Positions 9,023 to 17,808 of a stretch of DNA of 17,808 nucleotides are shown piece after piece. The translations under genes and the position numbers were made by a program. The DNA is from Vitrella brassicaformis CCMP3155 (lineage: Eukaryota > Protista > Chromerida), in contig CDMY01000815.1 in assembly GCA_001179505.1 (NCBI GenBank), forward strand, positions 1 to 17,808. Direction: 5' to 3'. Below the pieces are notes generated by a model. That model did no database searches, had not been told where the DNA came from, and was given only the letters and a program-made list of their open reading frames with translations. Position 1 is the first letter of the stretch; each line of letters starts with the position of its first letter.

Positions 9023-9638
9023 CTACTGAGAACTGCCTGATGGATGGATGTTCTCTATGTGAAATGGCAGGTCAGGCAATGGCACCTTTGGCAATGGCCG
9101 GTCGTACTCATCGGCAACAATCATCTGAGTGCTCACAATCATCTGAGTGCTCACATTGCTTGCGTAGCTCAGTACAGCTCGATGCTTCTCACTCATCGAG
9201 GCCAATATGTGTCTCACCAGCTACACTAGGGTCTCGTCGGCCAGACGCATCCATTCTCCTTTTGAGGATTTCCACAATCTGGCGGGGCAGCGACTTCCCG
9301 CGGACAAGCAGTTCATCATCGCCGTCCTCCGAGCCCGCTGGACGCTTCCGTTGGTTCTGCCTAGCGTCAAGAGGGGCCCCAGCTGCAGCATCCGCGGCGG
9401 GAGACGCGTGTGCGGGCCGTGGTGGTGGAGACACAATGGGAATGGCGGCGTGGCCAGGTGGTGGAGGCGGTAAAGCAGGTGCTGCTGCCGCAGCCGCTGC
9501 TGCATCGGAAGGTGCTCCTCCCCTCCATCCGCACGTCTGTGGGTTCCGTCGTCTCCTCGGGAGAGGCCTGCCTTGGTCGTCTACCCTGTCGTCCAAACGC
9601 GATATTCCCAGCTGATGGCGACTGGCTGCGCCAGCCAT
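9023..9638 (-). CDS. Hypothetical Ala/Pro-rich protein; 3' exon structure uncertain
   Basis: Frame from ATG 9638: MAGAASRHQLG...AAAAAAAPALPPPPP...RKRPAGSEDGDDELLVRGKSLPRQIVEILKRRMD. Donor GTGAGA near 9216. Candidate terminal exon MIVADEYDRPLPKVPLPDLPFHIENIHPSGSSQ* follows a duplicated acceptor; its phase is unresolved. Confidence 0.5.
9117..9155. repeat. Perfect 18-bp tandem duplication acaatcatctgagtgctc x2
   Basis: Units at 9117-9134 and 9135-9152, plus aca. Confidence 0.95.
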
Positions 9639-9649
9639 TGGTGGTGAGT

Positions 9650-10020
9650 TGAGTGACGCTTTAGATGCAGGCAGCCAGGTGTTTGTCTGCACAGTCAATG
9701 GGGAGAAAGCAGACATGCAGGTGGTGAGTGTCTCTATACAGACTTGCGTGAGACATTTCTTGCGAACCAGAGTAAGTGTGAGGACGGTCCCTAGAAAAAT
9801 ATGCATCAGTGGTCAGAGGCCTTTGAGTGACGCTTCAGATGCGGCCATCCCGGTGCGTGTCTGTCAAGTCACTGCAGAGAAAGCAGCAGAGCAGATATCG
9901 GTTGTGGTCAGACAGAATTGAGTGAAGGATATCTCGCGAACCAGAGCGAGTGAGGTGATGATGTTGAGAGTGGATTGAGTCGTCTTTGACTGACGCAGAT
10001 GCGCCGGGTCCGGTGAGTGT
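9650..10020. repeat. Degenerate direct repeat with a period of about 165-175 bp
   Basis: gagtgacgct(t/c)agatgc...gagaaagcag at about 9650 and 9826, a partial third unit at about 9989, and gcgaaccagag..agtg at about 9765 and 9937. Confidence 0.6.
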
Positions 10021-10420
10021 CGATGCTTTTGTTGCCGAGAACGGAGCGCTGTTGGAAGGGTGCCAGTTGAGAAGGAAGGAGAGCGAGTGAGGAGCTGCTG
10101 CTTGATGTTTATAAGGCTCTCACCTGGCCGGTTCAGTTTGGTTCACATCATCTGGATTGGCTGCTTCTCTGCAATTTTAAGGCAGCTCAACTCCCAAATG
10201 GGGGTCTGCAGGTCTAGTAGATTCTCGACTTTGTCCAATGGAACCCCGATTTGTACACCCGATTTGATCCTTCACTCCGACCGGTTAAATTTCCCTTCAG
10301 TCGGAGCGGATACAAACAACCGCCCCAGCAGCGACATAGGGGGAGCGATGTATATAGATGCCGGCAGTAGGTTGGTTCCCTTCTGCTGGCCTGCATGGAA
10401 CAGCCAGCATGGAACAGCCA

Positions 10421-10700
10421 GGAAAAAAAACAAACAAAAAAACACGCACACACACACACACACGGGAAAAAAAAGGAAAAAACAGACAAAAAAAGAAAAA
10501 TAGAAAAAAAAGAAAAAAAAGAAAAAAAAGAAAAAATGAAAAAAAGAAGAGAAAAGAAGAGGAAAGGAGAAAGAAGAAGAGGAAAGAAGAAGAGGAAAGA
10601 AGAAGAAGAAGAAGAAAAAAAAAAAAAAACCAAAAAAACCAAAAAAAAAAACCAAAAAAAAAAACACACACACACAAACAAGAAAAACACACACAATCAA
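10421..10700. repeat. A-rich low-complexity tract (A, GAA and CA runs)
   Basis: Almost purely A/G/C homopolymer mosaic, preceded by a 14-bp tandem duplication gcatggaacagcca x2 (10393-10420). Confidence 0.9.
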
Positions 10701-11332
10701 AAGACAATGCATCAGAAGACAGCTCAGGGGAGAAAAGGGGAGAGCTGTTACGGAAGCCGGATGCATGAGACACAATGGAAACAGGAAGGGGAACACACTG
10801 TGTCTGATGCAAGCAGCGTGGCGGCTTTTATAGACACAAGCAGCGACTGAGCTGTCCCCGATCCGCCAAAACCGATCCCCTTGGACCCCTTTCCTTGGTG
10901 GCCACAGTGCCGCCTCGTCCCCGGACGAAGGCCTCAAGGCTCAAGCCCTGTCACCAAGGTCTCCTTGCACCACCCGTGAACGAAGACGCTACGACAGAGA
11001 GGAAGACTTTTCCCTCTTCCAACACGCCTCCGACTGAAGAATGTGTGCTTCTGTTGGAGGTGACTTGTAGGCGCGCACTCTCCGCCGCAACTCCGAGGTA
11101 CGGCACCACCAACACAGGCCTCCTTCTTCGTCATCCCCGGGAGAGGTGGGAGGGAGCGGGGTGGACCTCTCCCTCGACGAAGACCTTGAAGGAGAGCAGG
11201 GAAAGCGCGGTAAATGCTGAATCGTCTCCCCGTCGCGAATTCTCGCCATCCTTTGCCGGGTGTGGAGGTGAAAAAAGAACCAATCCCTTCCGCTCACCGA
11301 TCTTCCCATCTGCCTGGTTTCAGTCCATCGGC

Positions 11333-13263
11333 ATGCTTCATAGCTACCCGCCCCGCCACCATCACCGGCACAACGGGCACGGCCCGTCTCATCACATGGG
11401 CGGGCATCAGCAGCATTACACTCACGGTCCGCCGTTCGGTGGGCGGGCCGGGCGTATCATGGAGGTGGATGTGCAGCGGCGTGTGCTGGAACTGCGGTTG
11501 GGCGGAATGATGATGGACGACGGACAGCTGGAGGAGTACTGCAGGTACCTCAGAGAGAGAGGGGAGGTTAGATGAGGATGCGCGGCAAGACGCATCTGGT
11601 TGCATGTGGTGTGGATGTGTGGGTGTGTGTAGGTGGATATCGTCTCATCTGAACAATGTACGGACTGAGTTCCGGCTGGATGTGATGGACGCCATCATAG
11701 CGACGGTAGATGTGTCGAGCAACAAGATCACGGACGCCGGCGTCAAGAGACTCACGGTGCGTCGGTGGGTGTGTGCTTGCGGGCGGATGCATGTGTGTGC
11801 ATTCGTTGTGTGGGGCAGGATATGTTTGACAAGTGGCGCATCCACGCCCGTGTGCTCAAGCTGTTCAAGAACAGGATCACCGATGCTGGTACGAGGTCTC
11901 TCATACACACACACATCTATCGAAAGGATTCATGACTCGTGCGCGCATGTGTATGAGTGCATTTGCAGGTGCTAAGATGCTGGCCGAGTACGTCTGGATG
12001 AACCCCTCGCCCATCTGCGAGGTCCACCTCTCACACAACCAACTCACTGGTGCGACCACACACAATGGCAACACACACACGCACCCCTCTTATGCGCGTG
12101 TACACATTCGCCTGTCTGCCTGTCCACGTTAATTCAGAGGACGGCATGAAGATCATCATGGATACGTTCCGCAAGCACGACGCTTACCCGGGCTACATGC
12201 AACTCAACGACAAGTGAGTTTCTCACAACCACACACACCACCACACCACACCACACACAATACATGCACATCTGAGTTGGGGTGGGATCTGCCACTCAGG
12301 TTTGACATAGTGGGCCGCCGCCAGGCTCTCAAGGACGGCAGTGCCAACGGCGCCCGCAGATGGATTCCCGTGTGGCTCCGCCTCGAGAACAACCAGCCGC
12401 GCGACGTATTCTCGGGTACGCAATGCATATCTGCGTATCTGCGTATGAATGATGTATTGTCAGTGTTGGATTGGATGGACCGCAATGGTGTGACGTACTG
12501 CCTGGTGGGGCAGGAGCGCCTCTGCAACGCCTACAAGTGCCACAAGAGCGGAAACACGCGACAGCAAGGTACCCCAGCCCGACACACACACTCCCACACA
12601 CAAACACTGTATTCGCGTTCCATCCACCCATCAGATATCAAGATTCACCTCGCCAAGGCGTTGTTCCCCGACCTGGAGAGCCGTGGACGCACTCGCGGCC
12701 CCCGCTACACTCCCTCCCGCATCCAGCAGCCCGCATACGTGCCCAAACCTGCTCCGGCGCCCTCGGCATCGGCCTCGCCGTCCTCATCTCCGTCGACCGC
12801 CCACACGCCGACCGCCCAGCGGTCGCCCCCTGCTGCCATGGCTATGGCCACGCGCGACTCGACGTCGTGCAACACGCCCGAGCCCGAGTGGCACCACATC
12901 GTCATGGAGGAGACCGACAAGGACGACACACACGAGGAGCAAGGGGAGGGCGCCAAGGACAACACCAACACACACAAGAAGGAGGCCCGTGATAGCGGTG
13001 CGTGAGCATCACAAGGAGGGGGAGAGATGGATGGATGGATGGACTAATCGACACTCGTGTGTGTGTGTGTGTTGTGTGGTGTGTTTCGTGTAGGTGAGTC
13101 TGGTGAGACAACTGAGGAGGTCATGGCTGCTCAGGAGGAGGGACACGATGGCCATGGCGATGAGGACGATGGTGCTGGTGATTTCGGTGTCCACGACGAC
13201 ACCGAAATCAGCAACAACGACGACACCACCGCTGCCGCAGTAGACGACAATGGCACCGAGTAG
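11333..13263 (+). CDS. RNI-like leucine-rich repeat protein (about 438 aa) with His/Gly-rich N-terminus and acidic tail
   Basis: Exons 11333-11544, 11633-11756, 11819-11888, 11969-12049, 12138-12213, 12300-12415, 12464-12568, 12635-12997 and 13094-13263. All introns are GT-AG and phase-consistent (1317 nt). LRR units: VDVSSNKITDAGVKRL, LKLFKNRITDAGAKML, EVHLSHNQLTEDGMKII, WLRLENN. Confidence 0.87.
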
Positions 13264-13368
13264 CCATAGATAGCATACGCATACACACATACAGGTGGGG
13301 AGGGGGGAGGGTGTCGATAGCTGGGGTGGTGAAAGAGAGGGGAATAGTGTCGTCGTGGCGTGGCGTGT

Positions 13369-14160
13369 TCAGAGCGGCCTCTGTTCGGTTGGCCGGCCAG
13401 CGGTGAGTTCATCGCACCGATTCTTCCTCCTGATTGGATAGCGTAGCTGTGCACTACTCCAGAGAAGCTGTGACCCACCCCTTTCGTTTTGCGCATGTCG
13501 GTTTCCCACGTCATATGCATGTCGGTCATTGGTTCCATGACCTGTGAGTGAGCGGGGCGTGAGAAGCTGGCCATCGCACCCGAGGGAAAGACAGAGAGCG
13601 CAGGAAGAGCATTTGCCATACCAGCTGTGGGTGCCTGTTGTTGGGTTGGCAGTATGGCCACTCTGCGTCAGTGCGGGGATCACAATCCCGGCTGGGCGAT
13701 GGAATGGACCAGGAAGGCCGACAGAAAAGAGAGGAAATTTGGCTGCCTGCCTGGATGCCACACACATTGCTGGTGCACCGCACCCGTAGATGTACAGGTA
13801 TGCACAGGGAGAGAGGGAGAGGGAGGAAGATTGGGGTGACAGAGAGCCTGCCTGGCTCTTTTTGCGTGTCGATACATACATACATACATGTGAATAAATG
13901 CACATACATACATACGGATGTGTGTCTGTGTGTAGCGCTGTGGTGACTAGCTGACTGGCTACACACAGACAGTGTGTGTATGTGTTGCTGCCGTCTTGTT
14001 GAAGCCCCATGAGGGTTAGCCCCATGAGGGTTGCCTTGCTCCTGCCTGCCTGCCCTGTCTGTCTGCCATAGGGGTGATATAGGAACTCTCCATAAGTCGT
14101 GATACAACACTAATGGCCTTCCCACGAATGGACCAAGAACAAGTTGAATGGGCGAGTTCA
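13369..14160 (-). other. Possible spliced hypothetical gene, structure unresolved
   Basis: Intron-like segment GTATGG..ctcactcacag (about 13621-13542) and CA/TG-rich intron-like tracts at 13790-13990. More than one reading frame is compatible and there is no recognisable domain. Confidence 0.25.
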
Positions 14161-15005
14161 ATCGATTGCGGCCGTCCTTTCATATGTCAGCTAGCTCGTT
14201 CATGGACGAATGGACCACGGTTGCAAGCGAGCTCAACTCGTGTCTGCACTCAACAAAAAGATAAGTATACACCAGGAAGACTCCATCCGTCCATCCTTTC
14301 ATCCATCCAGCCAGGCACCAGAGCAGAACAGCAGTATAGATGAGACAGAAGTGGCTTGGCTGTAGCAAAAAAGAAAAAATCCTTTTTCTGCTGCCTGCTC
14401 TGGGTGCCTTTCTGGTCTGCTGCTGCAATGAAGCGATCCGCTGAAAAACACACGAGCGGCCTCCATGGCTGATTCCGTGTTGTTCTTCGTGTCGCGACTG
14501 AATCTTCACTCATTCAGTTCATTCATTCATTCATACCCTCACATATGTCGGGTCCATGTCAATACTCAATCACTAGCAGTACGCATGAAAGACACCCTCA
14601 CTTGGCACATATCTGCCTCGCGCAGGACGACGAGGCCAATTGCGTGGGTCACGGTGGCTTTTACGTAACCAGATCTGCTGGACTAACCACACAGAGATAC
14701 CCAACGACCCACATGCCTTCGTGACGTACGCAAAATTCTAAAAGCCTCATCAGACAGCCTCAAAATGTTAACTTCAAAGAAAGACAAACGATGGAAGCCA
14801 ACCGACCATCGAGCCCTCAGAGTGAGCTACCGTCGGGGCTTCCTGCGTACATTTACGGCCAGGGGAGGGGGTGCCGGGGAAGAGGCCGTCGCGCAGTGAT
14901 ACGCCAGAGACCATTCAGTACGCATGAAATCTGGGCGAACGGCCGGGTGAGACCATTGTTCCAGAAGAGGACACTGGAGTGCTGGAATAGGGCAGGTGCT
15001 GCTAG

Positions 15006-17126
15006 ATGGGTGCGAAGGAGGTGCTGCTGGATGGGACGGAGGCCGGCGCCAGTGGTATGTTAGAGCCTGCGGGGCCAACGGAAGGTTCGTACGTGGTCAG
15101 ACACACACACAGGGAGAGAGAATCTAGTTTGTCATCAGCTTCGTCTGCGAAGGAGAGTGTGCGAGGCAGCCAGGAGTTCAGGCCCGGCCCGGCGCATGGA
15201 CTTGGAGCCATTGTTGCCTTGACGTGCTTCAACTTCCCATGTGCACAGAGAGAGATGCATCATGTTGATCCGTGAGCGTTTGTCGTTTGTCCTTGCCTGT
15301 CTTTGCTGCAGACGGAATGATCTATGCCACGATTGGCGTTTATATTCTACCCTATGAGGCCCTGCGGCTATGGCCCAGCCACGAAAGCCTCATGGTCGGT
15401 CTGTCCGTGGCCCTGATTGGCCTCACGCAACTAACTTGCCCCGTTATCGGCGTCATCTCCGACAACCACGGAAAGAGGAAACCCTTCATGTTTGCAGGTA
15501 GCCCACAGACAAAGTGGGAAAGCAGGCTTCACAGTCAGTTTTTGACTGAGAAAAAGTGCGTATGAGAAGATTCCGAATTATCTCTGACACCGATACCTGC
15601 ACAGGTGGTATAGTGTCGGTGTCAAGTCTCTTATTTATGTCGCTAGCGAGCCTGCTGATGGCACGTGGTTTGTGGCTGATACTCCTGGTGGTCGTGTCGT
15701 GCGGCCTGAACGTTATCTACAGGTAAGAGACACAAGGATGAATGAATTGATTCTCTCACACTAGGGTCCGATAACAGCGCGCAGACGGGCCTAATTGCTG
15801 ATCAGCTCAAGGACCAGTCCAGCCGAGGAACCGTGTCAGGCGTCGTCGCCGTACACCTGCTACTCGGATCTACCCTAGGTCGATTACGGTCACGCACACC
15901 ATTCACGGACACAAACAAAGTCATGCGAGAACGACATTTGTAGGTCATACGTGTATGTGGTTTGTGTGCAGGATTTTTGTTCGTTGCGTACACAACAAAT
16001 TTTGACTTCCAAATTATGTACTTCACATATTGTGTGGTGATTTTCGTTTCGGTGATGCTGGTGTGCTATATGGCCGTGGAGGATTGCAGCAACGAGTGGC
16101 TCAGGGGTTCTAAACTGGCGCTAAGAGACCTCCTGCGTTCATTCACCGTCGACAGAAGTAACAACCCTGACTTTTTTTGGGTGCTCGTAGCGCGGTGAGC
16201 GGTGGTGCAGGCTGGATCGCTCTCTAATTTGTCGTCGATTCCACTGGTGGTTCTAGGACGATCTACTACGTTGGGACCAGCGGGGAGGTGAGGAATACAG
16301 AATCTCAATAAAGTCGCAGTCACATGGCGCTGGCCAGGTCTTCCTCCTGTATTATTTACGCGACATGGTGGGGACGAGCGACGAGGCGACGCAAAAATTC
16401 CAAATCTCTATCATAGCCTTGCTGGGACAGGCACACAAAATGGAGACAGAGAGAGAGACAACATACAGACATGCCTTCTTACTCTGTCTTTCGTCATTGT
16501 ATGTTACTGTATGTGACTCAGTCCGCAGCAGCAGTGGTGGCTTGTCCAGCGGGTTATTTGAGCGAGCGGTCGGGAAGAAAAATCCTCGTCTACCTCGCAT
16601 GCTCGCTCATGTGCTTCACGTGGGCCATGTTGATCATCATGCCATACATCTGGGTACACACAGTAGCCACGATCAGCCCCGCACATGCCCGTTTCCTTCT
16701 CCGCTCAGACGGAGGACGCGTCATACGAGTCCTATGTGCTGTGCATATACTTCTGCGCCGTCATTTACGGCATCGGTAATGGCGCATACCTATCAGTCGA
16801 GCTTGCACTTGCACTCGACTGTCTGCCCGACGGAAGGACCGCTGCAAAGGACCTCGGTCAGTCACGCCCGCCACTTGTACATGACCTCGCTGACCATTAT
16901 GTGGTGTGCAGGAATCTGGAGCGCGAGTGCATTTATTGGGAGTGCTATAGGGCCGCTAATTCAGGCGTTCTCTCTCGAGCTCGTCGGCCGCCGCGGCATC
17001 GCCATTGATCACATGGACCAACCCGAGAGTTACCACTATGCCGGCTATCTTTCAGTTTTGGCATTTTCGTTTGTATCTCTATCTGTGTCTGCATTGATTA
17101 TCTCCTTCATCCGACGGGTCAGATGA
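15006..17126 (+). CDS. Major facilitator superfamily transporter (about 493 aa)
   Basis: Exons 15006-15240, 15312-15497, 15605-15722, 15778-15878, 15972-16194, 16257-16287, 16338-16430, 16522-16653, 16709-16856 and 16912-17126 (1482 nt, phase-consistent). Motif A GVISDNHGKRKPF, its C-domain counterpart GYLSERSGRK, TGLIADQ, ALDCLP...AAKDLGIW, and many hydrophobic helices. Substrate cannot be assigned. Confidence 0.92.
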
Positions 17127-17447
17127 TCGATGGACCTTATATTGAGATTGCAACTGGGCCTCCGAAAGGTTGATTTGGCCAGTGTATGCGGGTGCGGTTT
17201 GCTTCCTTTATTCGTCTGGTCACCATATGCAGACGTGTTCCAACCAAATTCTGCATACATCGTTGATAGAGCCGGCATTCCGTTTCACTGTGGACCCTTG
17301 ACATTGAATAATGTGAATGCACAGACCAGTATATCAACAGCGATAATGTAATGTCTCTGTACAATCTATCAACCCAATCCATCAACCATCATGTTGATGA
17401 ATTGTACAGACTGCGGGACATGCTTCTTCCTCATGGGACGCTCACTA

Positions 17448-17808
17448 TCATCTACGGCGGGCTGCTCTGCTGCTACCCTTGCCGACAAACGTGTAGTGCC
17501 TTGACTCCACGGCCCGCCGGTGTGCGATGGCCATCTGCTTGGCCTTCTCGAAGCCAAGCTCCTTGATGGAGAAGGTCTTGGCCATGTTCTCGCCGTCATC
17601 CCGCCATTTGGCCCGCCAACTGTTGGTGCTCTTGTCGTAGGTGACGCCCCTCACGCCGCTCTGGTGCTCAGCGGGCTTCTGCACAGACGCCCGCCTGCAA
17701 CGCTCCATCTCGAGACGGTGCTCCTCAGCCAACACCTGACATACACACACATACATACAGGTGCAACATGCATGGCTGACATAACAGCATGAAGTTCAGC
17801 CGATTAAG
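17448..17808 (-). CDS. Second ApiAP2 paralog: terminal exon 17735-17448 and preceding intron; gene continues off the right edge
   Basis: Reads VLAEEHRLEMERCRRASVQKPAEHQSGVRGVTYDKSTNSWRAKWRDDGENMAKTFSIKELGFEKAKQMAIAHRRAVESRHYTFVGKGSSRAARRR*. The exon has the same 288-nt length as 5272-4985, and the intron is nearly identical to 5273-5345. Confidence 0.9.

Noticed and set aside
10214-10937. Long Lys/Arg-rich and Phe-rich ORFs on both strands
   Set aside because: They are produced by the A-rich low-complexity tract, which may itself be poor-quality sequence. No splice or codon support.
8591-14032. Short direct repeats as a possible CRISPR-like array
   Set aside because: Each has only two adjacent copies, with no spacers, no shared consensus and no cas genes, in a eukaryotic context.

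Overview
This is eukaryotic, intron-rich genomic DNA: introns are 50-110 bp with CA/TG-rich tracts, most exons are GC3-rich, and there is a 300-N scaffold gap. This architecture plus ApiAP2-type genes suggests a chromerid/apicomplexan relative such as Vitrella (inference, not verified). I spliced gene models by hand with phase checks. They are a secreted-looking FkbM-family methyltransferase whose last exon is frameshifted by a 16-bp tandem duplication, a Ty3/gypsy integrase remnant just upstream of it, a tandem-AP2 gene, a second AP2 paralog running off the right edge, a third 3'-only AP2 remnant, a gap-spanning hypothetical gene, a 9-exon RNI-like LRR gene, a 10-exon MFS transporter with a probable GC-AG intron, and several small hypothetical genes. 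The strongest signal is between the two AP2 paralogs: they are identical over the 63-nt helix segment and nearly identical in the adjacent intron, yet differ at 13 of 23 codons, all nonsynonymous, in the DNA-contacting beta-sheet. No rRNA, tRNA or CRISPR array was seen.
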